Shown here piece after piece: positions 1 to 12,240 of a stretch of 64,000 bases of DNA. The notes under the pieces were generated by a model, which saw only the letters and a program-made list of their open reading frames with translations, was not told where the DNA came from and ran no database searches. Made by a program: the position numbers and the translations under genes. The stretch's first letter is position 1, and each line of letters starts with the position of its first letter. The stretch is taken from the NCBI RefSeq assembly GCF_963921235.1, contig NC_086108.1, positions 31,374,001 to 31,438,000 of the forward strand, written 5' to 3'. The stretch comes from Mobula hypostoma (Eukaryota).

Positions 1-369
1 ATAGACATCGAGAGTCTTGTCCGAAGCATGTTTGTTTAAGGAAAACTTGATGTTGAACTATGAATAAATAATACCCCATTACTCCTTTACGCTTAGCTAT
101 GAATTCCAGACCTTCAAGAAATCTACTTAATTCCAATTGGTTCTTCTGACCAGTAGAAGAATTGTTCCAGAATTCTCCCATTTGGAATGTGCTCAAGTCA
201 CAACAACACCTAGGCTACAGGTACCAGCAGGCAGTCATCCAAAATTTTTATTTAATGTCTATTACTTTGAGTACACAAAGATTTGTCATTTTTTTTTGAC
301 AAGGGAGCACGATTTATGAAATATCAGTAGGCAGGTCTAACAGCAATTGAAGAAACACTGTTGTTTTTT

Positions 370-777
370 ATTGTAAAAGGTTGAATTTTGAGAGTGGGAA
401 GGTTTTGTTACAATTGTGCAAGGTAGAATACCATGCACAGTTTTGGTTTCCTTCAAAGTTATAGTAGTTATGGAGACAATCTAAAACAGACTAATTCATG
501 ACATGAGCATTGCTCTATCAAGTGAGACTAGACAGTTGGAGTCTGCATTCCTTAGAGTTTGGAAGAATGAGGAATGAGCTTGTTTGTACATCCTAAGGGG
601 GCTTGACAGGGTTGATTTTGGGTTGTTTACACTACTGGGAGAGTCTTGAATGAGGGAATATAGCTACAAAATAAAGGGCTAGTCATTTAAAACTGAGGTA
701 CATGGACATTTTAACTCTCAGAGGTAGTGAACCGCTGTAATCCAGTTCCCCATGGTGGTGGAGAACAGAACATCAAA
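370..777 (+). mobile_element. Old degenerate CR1 LINE 3' ORF2 fragment; its 3' tail resumes at ~2036-2145
   Basis: Decayed CR1 C-terminal codons (GAATACCATGCACAGTTTTGG, AGAATGAGGAATGAGCTT, CTCTCAGAGGTAGTGAA) resemble the better-preserved CR1 copies in the window; a CR1-like 3'UTR (CTACTCCTGCTCCTAT) lies at ~2110-2127. Confidence 0.65.
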
Positions 778-1442
778 GGGAGGAAAAGATGACAGCACGA
801 CGCAGCTCGCAGTGGCCACTCCGGCGGTGATATCTGTAATCTGTCAAGTAGGGTGCCGTGCACAATCCTGATTTGATGGAGACAGATGTGAGAGCACAGA
901 GGAACATCTGGTGAAACTCCTGAAATGCCTGTTTCGCTGCCGCTGCTACTGTGTGATCCAGAATCTCCAGAGGGGAAGGCCCCGAGTCCTTGGCTTTGCT
1001 TGTTGCTCGGCGGTTGGGGAGGGGTCAAAGCGCTCGGCAGAGATGGTGCTTGGTGTCGGAGGCGCGAAGTTTTCGGACGGACTCAGAGTCAGCTGCGGTT
1101 GGGTGCTTCCAATGGAGCGGCATCGGCAAGTTTGCGGCGCTTGGAGGTTCATGGCAGGGGGAGCTTCTCTCTTCTACCGTCTGCGTGAGATGATGGGGCT
1201 ATCGGGACTTGAGACTTTTACTGTGCCCATGGTCTGCTCTTTATCAAATTACAGTATTGCTTTGCACTGTTGTAACTATATGTTATCATAATGTGGTTTT
1301 GTCAGTTTTAGTCTTGGTTTGTCCTGTGTTTCTGTGATATCGCTCTGGAGGAGCATTGTATCATTTTTTAATGCATGCATTTCTAAATGACAATAAACGA
1401 GGACTGAGTGTCCTCATAATCTAATCTAATAATCTAATCTAA
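778..1442 (+). mobile_element. Young CpG-rich non-autonomous retroposon (~660 bp) with (AATCT)n tail
   Basis: Abrupt GC/CpG-rich block ending AATAAA...TAATCTAATCTAATAATCTAATCTAA; no credible ORF; interrupts an older CR1. Confidence 0.6.
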
Positions 1443-2035
1443 ATGTGGGACTGAGTTTAAGAGCCAAGAGGTAATTTTGCAGCTATATGGAGTGCTGTGC
1501 TCAGTTCTGGTCGCCTCACTATAGGAAGGACATGGAAATTATAGAAAGGGTGCAGAGGAGACTTACAACGATGTTGCCTGGATTGGGGAGCGTGCCTTAT
1601 GAGAATAGGTTGAGCGAACTCGGCCTTTTCTCCTTGGAGCGATGGAGGATGAGAGGTGACTTTATAGAGGTGTACAAGATAATGAGAGGCATTGATCGTG
1701 TGGATAGTCAGAGGCTTTTCCCCAGGGCTGAAATGGCTAGCATGAGAGGGCATAGTTTTAACGTGCTTGGAAGTAGGTACGGGGGAGATGTCAGGGGAAA
1801 ATTTTTTACACAGAGAGCGGTGAGTGTGTGGAACAGGCTGCCAGCAGTGGTGGTAGAGGCAGAAATGATAGGATCTTTTAAGAGACTCCTGGATGGCTGC
1901 ATGGAGCTTAGAAAAATAGAGGGCTATGGGTAAAGCCTAGGTAGTTCTAAGGTAAGGACATGTTCAGCACAGCTTTGTGGGCCAAAGGGCCTGTATTGTG
2001 CTGTAGGTTTTCTATGTTTCTATGTTTCTTCTATG
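1443..2035 (+). mobile_element. CR1 LINE, 5'-truncated 3' end
   Basis: ORF 1487-1933 (CAQFWSPHYRKD...ERVQRR...LFSLERWRMRGDFIEVYKI...FFTQRAVSVWN.LP) is the CR1 ORF2 C-terminus; (TTTCTATG)n tail at ~2008-2035; closely matches the minus copy at 16032-16690. Confidence 0.92.
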
Positions 2036-2288
2036 TATTGATGGTGGGGATAGATAATCGATCAGCAATGCTCATATTGAATGGTGTACAGGTTTGAAAT
2101 CTCTGGGGGTCTACTCCTGCTCCTATTTTCCTCTGTCCCTGTGTTTATGGTGCCCATGTGAACTAAAGGTGAATGTTAGGTTAGTCCCAGTATTGAGCTC
2201 TCACTCTGTAGCTTTCTAGCTTGTCAAATGTTTGCCCAGGTATATTTTAAGGGGTGTGAGGACTTTTGCCTTCTCCACTTTGCCTGGA

Positions 2289-4005
2289 CATAGTCATAGT
2301 CATAGTCATACTTTATTGATCCCGGGGGAAACTGGTTTTCGTTACAGTTGCACCATAAATAATAAATAGTAATAAAACCATAAACAGTTAAATAGTAATA
2401 TGTAAATTATGCCAGTAAATTATGAAATAAGTCCAGGACCAGCCTATTGGCTCAGGTTGTCTGACCCTCCAAGGGAGGAGTTGTAAAGTTTGACGGCCAC
2501 AGGCAGGAATGACTTCCTATGACGCTCTGTGTTGCATCTCGGTGGAATGAGTCTCTGGCTGAATGTACTCCTGTGCCCACCCAGTACATTATGTAGTGGA
2601 TGGGAGACATTGTCCAAGATGGCATGCAACTTAGACAGCATCCTCTTTTCAGACACCACCGTGAGAGAGTCCAGTTCCATCCCCACAACATCACTGGCCT
2701 TATGAATGAGTTCGTTGATTCTGTTGGTGTCTGCTGCCCTCAGCCTGCTGCCCCAGCACACAACAGCAAACGTGATAGCACTGGCCACCACAGACTAGTA
2801 GAACATCCTCAGCATCGTCCGGCAGATGTTAAAGGACCTCAGTCTCCCCAGGAAATAGAGATGGCTTTGACCCTTCTTGTAGACAGCCTCAGAGTCCAGT
2901 TTATTGTCAATTCGTATCCCCAGGTATTGGTAATCCTCCACTATGTCCACTCTGACCACCTGGATGGAAACAGGGGTCACCGGTACCTTAGCTCTCCTCA
3001 GGTCTACCACCAGCTCCTTAGTCTTTTTCACATTAAGCTGCAGATAATTCTGCTCACACCATGTGACAAAGTTTCCTACTGTAGCCCTGTACTCATTCTC
3101 ATCTCCCTTGCTGATGCATCCAACTATGGCAGAGCCATCTGAAAATTTCTGAAGATGACAAGACTCTGTGCAGTAGTTGAAGTCTAAGGTGTAAATGTTG
3201 AAGAGAAAGGGAGACAAGACAGTCCTCTGTGGAGCCCCAGTGCTGCTGATCACTCTGTCGGACACACAGTGTTGCAAGCACACGTACTGTGGTCTGCCAG
3301 TCAGGTAATCAAGAATCCATGACACCAGGGAAGCATCCACCTGCATCGCTGTCAGCTTCTCCCCCAGCACAGCAGGGTGAATGGTGTTGAACGCACTGGA
3401 GAGTCAAAAAACATGACCTTCACAGTGCTCACTGGTTTGTCCAGGTGGGCGTAGACGCGGTTCAGCAGGTAGATGATGGCACCCTCAACTCCTAGTTGGG
3501 GCTGGTAGGCGAACTGGAGGGGATCTAAGTGTGGCCTGACCATAGGCCAGAGCAGCTCCGGAACAAGTCTCTCCAGGGTCTTCATGATGTGGGAGGTCAA
3601 TGCCACTGGTCTGTAGTCATTGAGGCCGCTGGGGCTCGGCGTCTTCGGCACAGGAACGAGGCAGGACGTCTTCCACAGTACAGGAACCCTCCAGAGCCTC
3701 AGGCTCAGGTTGAATACATGGTGAAGTACTCCACATAGCTGAGGGGCACAGGCTTTGAGCACCCTGGTACTGCCACCATCCGGTCCTGCAGCCTTGCTTG
3801 GGTTGAGACGTTTCAACTGTCTTCTCACCTGTTCAGCTGTGAAGCCCACCGTGGTGGTATCATGTGGGGAAGGGGTATAGTCATGAGAGCAGGGTGGGGG
3901 ACTGTGAGGAGGGGTAGGAGGTGAGAGTGGAATATGTGTTTGTTGGGGGCCGACAACAGATGGCTCATATGGGGGATGGGCAGGGGTCACAATGTCAAAT
4001 CTGTT
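2289..4005 (-). mobile_element. Rex1/Babar-type LINE, 5'-truncated, frameshifted RT
   Basis: ORFs 3352-4089, 2795-3370 and 2444-2791: KAAGPDG, NDYRPVALTSHIMKTLERLV, LDPLQFAYQ, GAPQRTVLSPFLF, LQKFSD, LNVKKTKELVVD, YLGIRIDNKL; (ACTATG)n tail at 2289-2310. Confidence 0.9.
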
Positions 4006-4330
4006 AAAGACCCCCATCCCCCAAATCTGTGTCCCACCCCCACTTCTCTTTGGGAGAAGGTAATCTTCCACTTCTCTTTGTTCTTTCAATCAATTAATTT
4101 ACATCTATGGCCCCTAATTACTGGCCTCTTTGTCATGAAATATAGGTCTTTCCTCTATATATTTTGTCTAAGCCTTACATTATTTTTACATATTTCATTT
4201 AAATCTGCCCTTTCTCCTTTGTCCCAAAATGTAAGGAAACACCTCTACCTCTTCAATATCAGCATAAATCTCCTCTGTGCTCCATGGACACTGTTCAGCA
4301 CATCACAGAAACCAGCCTTCTGTCCATGGA

Positions 4331-4430
4331 GCAACACACACAAAACGCTGGAGGAACTCAGCAGGTCAGGCAACATCTGTGCAGGGAAATGAACAATTAA
4401 CGTTTCAGGCCAAGACCCTTCATCGGGTCT
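4331..4430 (-). mobile_element. Penelope-like element terminal fragment with degenerate hammerhead motif
   Basis: Reverse complement of the 3' end of the Penelope element at 30140-30240; minus strand reads AGAC-CCGATGA-AGGGTCTTGGCCT-GAAA-CGTT. Confidence 0.7.
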
Positions 4431-4559
4431 TTACACACTCAACACAGCCATGTAATGGAGCTTTCTGCCTGCACCTGCCTCACTAACTCATCTCTGCACA
4501 TTAAACCAGTGTTTTGTGCGCATTGCTCTTGATTTCCAGCATCTGCAGAAACTCCTGTG

Positions 4560-4970
4560 GTCTCCTCTCCATGGACTCTATATATATCTTGTGCTGCCTC
4601 AGTAAAGCAGCCAACATACTCAAAGACCTCACACACCTCGGATATTCTCTCTTCTCCTATCAGGCAAAAATTGCAAAAAGCCCAAAAGCACATACCATTA
4701 GACTCAAGAGCTGCTTTTACACCATGGTTGTAAGATGATTGAATAGCTCCCGAGTACAATAAAATGGATCTTTGACCTCATAGTCTACTTTGTTATGACT
4801 GTGCACCTTACTGCCTCTCTGTACTGCACTTTCTCTGTAACTATAACATTTTATTTTGCACGTTGTTGTTGTACAATCTCAAAGCACTGTTATAATGAAT
4901 TTAGCTGTATGCAAGACAAGTTCTTCAATGGTCATCAGTGCGTATGATAATAATAAACCAACTTACCAAT
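4560..4970 (+). mobile_element. Degenerate Rex/Babar-like LINE 3' end
   Basis: CLSKAANILKDLTH.GYSLF...T.RLKSCFY motif typical of the Rex C-terminus; ends TAATAAACCAA. Confidence 0.6.
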
Positions 4971-6149
4971 TGACTAGTGTTTGAACTTCAGCTGCCAAAA
5001 TATTCTATAATTTTAAAGAGCTCTCTCATTTATCGTCGTAAAAAGAATTCCAACTTGCTCAGTATTTTCTGATGTTTAGAGCCACTATTTAGACTTTGTT
5101 GATCTCTTTCATGTACTTTTCCCAGCTCCTATCTGTCAATTTGTAACACAGAGAGCAGACTGTTCTGTAATTGAACTTGATACCCGTTTAAATTGAACAT
5201 CAATCCATGAGCAAACATACAAACAACCACATTTCCATGAAGTCCATCCACCTTCTCCAAGAGTTATAACAGGAAATCAAGAAAGCTCCTTCCTGCCTCC
5301 TACAACAACTTGCACCCCCTCACCACCCAATCCACTGCAATTAAATATCTCCATATGACCTTTTTATTATTGGCTGAACAATAATGAAGTTTTTGCAATA
5401 GCTCTTAAAGGTCACAATGAATTGTTTCAATAATACTATTTCTATGCGTTGAAGCTCAACCTGCTTTGATGTAAGTTTGTTACATTAAACCACATTTCCC
5501 ACATCATGATGACACAGTTGGTATTTGGCTTTTAACCGTTCTCTGGTAAACTGTAACAATGCTTAAGATGAGAGAAATAGAGTGCTCAGTTTCTTTATCT
5601 TTCCAATAAGAGATGTCACATTTACTCTAAAGAATACTTGGATAACTTTGCAAATTGATGAGTCATTTTACTCGGTGATTTTCAACTTCATTGGGGCAAG
5701 AAAATTGAAAGAGATATACAGTCTTGTCACCTATCTATGCAGTCACTCTGTCAAATTAGCTTCCAACCTGCTTCCATTGATCAGGCCAGCATATTCCACT
5801 TTCACACTGGAGGATTTATCAATCAATGATTATGTTTGTATGACCCTTTTATCTTTTGAAATTAATTATTTCATTGTGTGGTAGAATCAATGATACAAGA
5901 ACTTTTTCAGGACTTGTTCAAAGGTGATAACAGAACAGGATTAAGTGATTATTTTCCAGAAATGAACTTACCCAAGGTTGAGAGAGCTCTTCAAATATAT
6001 AGATAATTTGGTGACACATTGGATTGAAGCCACAGTAGTTTCTATTTTGGCTGAACTTTACCTAAGTTCATCTCAGATGCAAAAGCCATCTGTTATTTTC
6101 ATCCTTGTTCAATATTTCCTTCTGTGTGAGTGTTACCCTCAGGAGAACA

Positions 6150-6575
6150 TGAAACATAGATCATAGCTGACCATGATCTCAATTTAACTTAATCCTTCCT
6201 GCCTGCACATGCTAAATATCGCTCCATTCTCTACCAATTCATGTGTCTGTCTAAATGCTTCTTAAACATTGCTGTCTTGTCTGCTTTCACCATTTCCCAT
6301 GCCAACACATTCCTGGCAACTATTTTTCTCTGTATAAAAAAATTTGTTTCACAAATCTCCTTTAAGTTTTTGCCCTCTTCTGAAAGTAATATTTAATATC
6401 ACCCTTGGAGAAGGACTCTGACTGTCTATGACTCTCATCATTTTATATGCTTTATCAGTTTGACCCTCAGCCTTTGATGCATCACAAAAAAAAAACAATC
6501 TCTCCTTATGGCTAATACTCTTTAACCCAGGAAACATCTCCAAGAGCCTTTTTCAAAAGCCCCACGTCCTTCTTA
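6150..6575 (-). mobile_element. Degenerate CR1 3' fragment
   Basis: ORF 6349-6543 (PGLKSISHKERL...KAYKMMRVIDS); GAACATGAAACATAGA tail. Confidence 0.65.
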
Positions 6576-6629
6576 TAAGGCATGGTAGCATAGTGCTACT
6601 GCAAGGTTTTGCAGTACCAATGACCTAGA

Positions 6630-6944
6630 TTCATGGCCTAAGGTAGGAGATGAGTTATTAACTTCAAACTTTCTGTATTATCACTCAAAGGGTTGCATGT
6701 AACGAGAGCTGCATAATTCATCTCCATCTACCTTAGGCCATGAAGTTATCAATCACCCCTGCTGTGGACCACTTTCTGGAGGTCCAAGACGCCGACTTCT
6801 ACAAAGAAGGGATCCGTATGCTCCAGGACTATTGGACTAAATGTGTACATGTAGGAGGGGACTATGTTGAAAAATAAAAATGTGCTAGGTTTTCTAAAAT
6901 TGACTCCTTCTACCTTAGGCCACGAACTTATCAATCACCCCTCG
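6630..6944 (+). mobile_element. mariner-derived MITE (partial) inside a tRNA-derived SINE (~6578-7026)
   Basis: Translates DHFLEVQDADFYKEGIRML...WTKCVHVGGDYVEK*, a mariner transposase C-terminus; ends AACTTATCAATCACCCCTCG|TA; same family as 27733 and 35709. SINE head lies upstream and a (TAAA)n tail downstream. Confidence 0.85.
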
Positions 6945-7049
6945 TAAGTCGGGGATTGCTGGATGTCGCAGCTCGAAGGGCCAGAAGGGCCTATTCCACA
7001 CTGTATCTCAATCAATAAATAAATAATGTGGTGACAAGAACTGCATACA

Positions 7050-8890
7050 ATAATCCATATATAGACTAAACAAATTTTTATACAGCTACAATGTGACTTC
7101 CTAATTTTTATACGCAACACCATAAGCAATGAAGACGCAAATGCCACATGCCTTCATTACCACCTTCCCTACTTGTATTGCCATATTCTGGGAGCTATAG
7201 ATGTGGGCCTCAAGATCTATCTATACAATGCTTCTAAAGGTTCTGTCATTTCTTGAATACTTTTTTCTTATACAGTATATGAATTCCCAAAGTTCAACAG
7301 CCCTCATTTGTCCTGAGTAAACTCCATTTGCCATTTCCCTGCCTATATTTCCAACAGGTCTATACCCTACTGATCTATTTCCTTTCACAACCTTCCCGAC
7401 TATCCACAATTATGGCATTTTTATTTTATCTCCCAACTTGCTAATCAGCCCACCCACATTTTTGTCCACAAACATTAGTATATGTACAGACAAGATTGGT
7501 CTGAGTACTGATCCCTGAGGGACATCACGGGTCAGAACCCCACTCATAATAACAAGCCTCCACTATCCTCTATCTTCTATAGCTGAGGCAGTTTCAAATC
7601 CAATCCACCAAATTACTGTGGATGGCATATTCTTCAATCTTCAGGATCAGGTTGCCACAAGGGACTTTGTACAGCATTTACTCCCCTACTTCATCACTTC
7701 CCATACATGCCATTCTCAGAAAGCTTCTCCTATGCAGAATACTCATTTGGGAGTCGGGCTTTTGCAATTATTTTATCAACTTCAACTCTTGCAGAAGTAC
7801 ATAATTCAAAGCAGTGATCCTGTACACTTAGGCTGGTAATTTTCAAAAGACTCATGGTCCTGTGTAACAGGACACTGTTACCCCAACTAATGAAGGCCAA
7901 TACACCATATGCCTTCCTAACCACCCTATTAACTTGTGCAAAAAGTTTGATGGATCTATTGGTGTGGACCCCAAGAGTCCTCCATTCCACAACACTGCTA
8001 AGAATTCTGCTATTAACATTGTACTCTACTTTCAAGCTCTACCTTCCAAAGAGTATCACTTCATTCTCCTCTGGATCTTCCACTTCTCAACCCAGCTCTG
8101 AACCCTGTCTATATCCCGTTGTAACCTACAACAATCGGCAGCGCAGAGGTTAGCGCGATGCTATTGCAGCTTGGGACTTTGGAGTTCAAAGTTCAATCCC
8201 CATGTCCTCTGCAAGGAGTTTATTCGTTCTCCCCGTGGAATGCATGGGTTCTCTCCCGGTGAGCCCACTTCCTTCAACAATCCAAAGACATACAAGTTAG
8301 CAGGTAAATTGTCCAGTGATTAAGCTGGGGTTAAGTTCAGGAGTTGCTGGGCAGGGCAGCTTGAAGCACTGGAAGTATCTCTAAATAAATAAAGATCTTC
8401 TAAACCATCTACAACACTACCAACTTTTGTGTCATCTCCAAACATTCTAATCCACCCTTCAACCTCCTCATCTAAGTTACCCTCTGTGGGAAAGCCAGTT
8501 CTAAAACCATGCAGCCGCATTTCACTGGATTCCATGTCGAACCTACCATGGGAAAGGTATCTTCATCAATTTGTTCTGCCACTTCCTTGAGAAAGTTCAA
8601 TCAGGCTCGTGAAGTGCAACATGCCCCTCACAATGCCATGCTGTCTATCCCTAATCAGACTATGTTTCTCCAATGCTCACAAATACTGGCTCTAAAAACC
8701 CTCTCCAATAGCTTGACCATCACTGACATAACCCTTACTGTTCAATAATTCCCAGGATTATCCCTATTATCATTCTTGAACAAAGGAATACCATTTGCCA
8801 CCCTCCAAACTTCTGGTGCCATTCCTGTGATTAGTGAGGACCATTGCTAATCATGCAGCAATCTCTTCTCTTGCTTCCTGTCGTAATCTG
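7050..8890 (-). mobile_element. Degenerate CR1 RT fragments (two pieces, ~7050-7660 and ~7850-8890)
   Basis: ORFs 7730-8035 (LGVH...QVNRVVRKAYGVLAFI) and 8320-8535 (WIRMFGDDTKVGSVVD). Confidence 0.75.
8137..8393 (+). mobile_element. tRNA-derived SINE inserted in CR1
   Basis: A/B-box-like head (GGTTAGCGCG...GTTCAATCCC), core TCTCCCCGTG...TGGGTT...TCCAAAGAC shared with other SINEs here, (TAAA)n tail. Confidence 0.75.
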
Positions 8891-8897
8891 AGGCATA

Positions 8898-10038
8898 ATG
8901 TGGAAGCTTTAGAGACAGGGCAGAAGAGATTTAACCAGAACGCTCCCTGGAATAAAGAGCATGTCCTATGAGGATAGGTTGAGTGAGCTCGAGCTTTCCT
9001 CTTTGGAGTGAAAGAGGGTGAGAGGTGACTTGATAGAGGTGTATAAGATGTTAAGTGGCATTGACAGAATGGGCAGCAAATAACCTTTTCCCAGAGTGGA
9101 AATGGGTAATATCATAGGGCATAATTTTAAGGTGATAGGGCTGGTGGGTTGAAGGGTATGTCAGAGTTACGTTTATTTACACAGACAGTGATGGGTGTGT
9201 GAAACATGCTGCCAGGGGCGGTGGTGAAAGGAGATGCATTCAAGATATTTAAGAAAATCTTAGATAGGCACATGGACGATAGAAACATGGAGGCTATGCT
9301 GAAGGGAATTACGAGAATGATCTTGGAGTAGGTTAAAATATTAGCACAACATCATGGGCCAAAGGGTTTGTACTATGATGTCAAGTTCTAGATGCACGGC
9401 CTAGTTTGTTATTATGCACGGCACAAGCATTGTGGGACCAAAGGGCCTGTTCCTGTTCTGTACTGCTTCAGGTTCTACATTCTGTGTTCAAAATCCAACA
9501 AACAGAATTCCCTAGGACAAGCCCAGCAAATTCAATAATAGAAAGATTGTCTTTTATTTGCCCCCATATTTTCATTGAGTCACAGAGTAACAATGTACAG
9601 AAACAGGCCCTTTAGCCCATGTCCACACTGGCCCCAAAGCATGGATTTCCACCAAATATTTCACTCATCTCATTCAATTATGATGGGTACAGATAGAGTG
9701 AATGCAAACAGGCTTTTTTCACTGAGGCAAGGGGAGAAAAAAACCAGAAGACATGAGTTAAGGGGAGGGGGAGAAAGGGAACATTAAGGAACATTAGGGG
9801 GGGCTTCTTCACACAGAGAGTGGTGGGAGTATGGCACGAGCTGCCAGACAAGGTGGTAAATGTGGGTTCTTTTTAAAAATTTAGGAATAAATTGGACAGA
9901 TACATGGATGGGAGGTGTATGGAGGGATATGGTCCATGTGCAGGTCAGTGGGACTAGGCAGAAAATGGTTCGGCACAGCCAAGAAGGGCCAAAAGGCCTG
10001 TTTCTGTGCTGTAGTTTTTCTATGGTTTCTATGGTTTC
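8898..10038 (+). mobile_element. Two CR1 3' fragments (~8898-9390 and ~9680-10038)
   Basis: AGAGGTGACTTGATAGAGGTGTATAAG and TTCACACAGAGAGTGGTG motifs; (TTTCTATGG)n tail at ~10016-10037. Confidence 0.75.
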
Positions 10039-10059
10039 AACTCCCCAGATGCTGCCACT

Positions 10060-10258
10060 TATCTTCAGACCACCAGACCAATTTATGGCAGCCAATCAAC
10101 TTACCACATTTTTTTTGGAACGTGGAGTGAATCTGGAGCAGATAGAGGAAACCCAAGCAGTGACAGGGAGGTTGTGCAAGCGTCAATGAACAGCACCCAA
10201 GGTCAGGACAAAACCCAGGTTGCTGGCACTTTAATGCAGCAACTCCACCAGCTACATC
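10060..10258 (-). mobile_element. tRNA-derived SINE (degenerate)
   Basis: Reverse complement of the SINE core (GGAAACCCAAGCAGTGACAGGGAG...AACCCAGGTTGCTGGCAC). Confidence 0.6.
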
Positions 10259-10680
10259 ATCGTACATCTAGAAAGCTTGAGTTCTTTGAGAAAATTAATT
10301 ACAGGATTTGATTTATTGTCAAAGGTTACAAAGTCATGTTCTCTTTTACACATTGATCTGAATGGAATTAAGCAAGTTGATGAAGCAATAAGGCACTCTC
10401 ATTTTGTTACTTGGTTCTTTTGCCTAACAGAACAAAAGTGGTATTACGCTGGACAACAACTTTTTCGAAGTTGTTGCTTCCTCAGAATTTTTTGTTTTTG
10501 TTTATGATACCACTTGAAGCTGAACATAAATATAATTTCAGACTACATGTTTCACATAGGGATTTGGAGAAACAAGAAATTAACTTTTATTGAATAATTT
10601 TGTAACAGTGCTGATGCTATGCAATAGCTCAACACAGCTAAAGATGTTTTGTCAATCTTTTTCACTTGTATTCAGTGTCT

Positions 10681-12240
10681 GAGCCTTTCTCAAACTTTCT
10701 GCTCTGGAGGAACCCTTGAAATAATTTTCAGGTCTCAGGGAAACCCTGCATAAAAACTATTATATCTACAGCTCATACATTAGTGTGATCAGTAAGTTGT
10801 AGATATAATAATCCAAAAATAATTGTCAATGCTCTTTTGAGTAGAGAATGAAGTTTAAGCCAACCTTTCTTGGAAAAAAACAGGTGGTTAAGCTTAGATT
10901 AATTACCTTGAAATTAATCTCTTTCATAATTTTTAAAAACTCATAAGGCAGAAATCATGAATTTCTGTTAAATAACTAGTTTAAGCCAAAATGGGACTTG
11001 ATTTTTCTAGAGGTAGACTCGATAGATTTAATTTAAGTAAAGGTTGTAAATTGATTTTAATTAGTGCTATTTACAACATGAAAATTATTTGACAAAAAAT
11101 GTTGAATAGTAAAGTTACTAAAAACCACAAGCCAAAGCAATACAACTTCCAACATAGCTCCTCCAAGACAGACATTTTTTTCCAGATATGAAGACAAAAC
11201 ATTAAATATATCTTGGCCTTCACTTGCTTCAGGCAGCTCTTTACAACAGAGAAAGGTTTCTTGTATTTCACCATCATTTACAAATTTTACAAATGCTACA
11301 CGAGCCTTTATTGGTGAAATCTATTGTGAGAACAACAACCTGGATAGAGAAGCTGTTGTTTTTCAGTTTACCACACCAAACCTTTTCAGCATCATGTGAC
11401 ATGTCATCAATACATCGACTTATCGTACCGTTTGAGAGTGAAACCTTGTCTATTTCTTGTATTGCATCTTGTCCTAACCTTTTGTCCACTATAGTTTTAC
11501 ATCCTGGCATTATTAGGTTCTCACCAACTGTGTGACTTTTCCTTTTCTGGATAATAAGTTCTGCAACCAAATAACTTGCTTCCTCAATCTTTTTACTGAC
11601 TGTGACTTCATTAACAAAAACTTCACTCTGTTTGTTTTGAGGTTCTAATAGCTGTTAAAAATAAACAACACTCTTACATGTCACATGGCTGTGATATGTA
11701 GTTAAGTGTCTTCAACTTTGCAGGAGGCATTTATAAGTTGTTTGCCACAGACTAGGCATGTTGGATTAAGGCAACGTGGATCACCAGTCCATGAAAAATT
11801 CATTGATAGTTAGCTTTCATTGTAAAGATGGGCTTTTTTGTTGTCTGTTGTTTGTTGCATTAGTGCAGTGAAGTGACTCAGAAGATTGTACTATCATACA
11901 TTAGACCATGAGACATGTCTGTAAAACCCAGAGGTTAATAAAGTATAACAAGAACAGCATATTAAAACGAAATGAGAAAACTGCAAAGAATATGAATGCT
12001 TTGCAATGTAATTCATTTCTAACCTGCACAATCCACCTTTTGCAATATTTACAACACCGTCAAAGTGGCAGGCCAGTAACTGAAATGGAAGTTTGTTCAC
12101 TCCCATAAGTCAGTCGGCATCACATAAGGGATAAAGTTGGGGGAGGTAATTCGGAAGAAGAGACTGACATCACAGACCAACGTGGGCGAGTTCATTCAAT
12201 GCTTGGAAAGCACACATCATGCTCACCATCAGCCTACCCC
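10681..12240 (-). mobile_element. Internally deleted hAT (Buster/Charlie, ZBED5/8-like) transposon; 5' end replaced by minisatellite
   Basis: ORF 11274-11570 (KRKSHTVGENLIMPGCK...VSLSNGTISRCIDDMSHD...FSIQV); (G)AGCCTTTCTCAAAC terminus at 10681; colinear in reverse with the copy at 40566-42399. Confidence 0.88.

Noticed and set aside
8137..8200. tRNA gene (also at ~58083)
   Set aside because: A/B-box-like head continues into a SINE body and tail; no cloverleaf evident.
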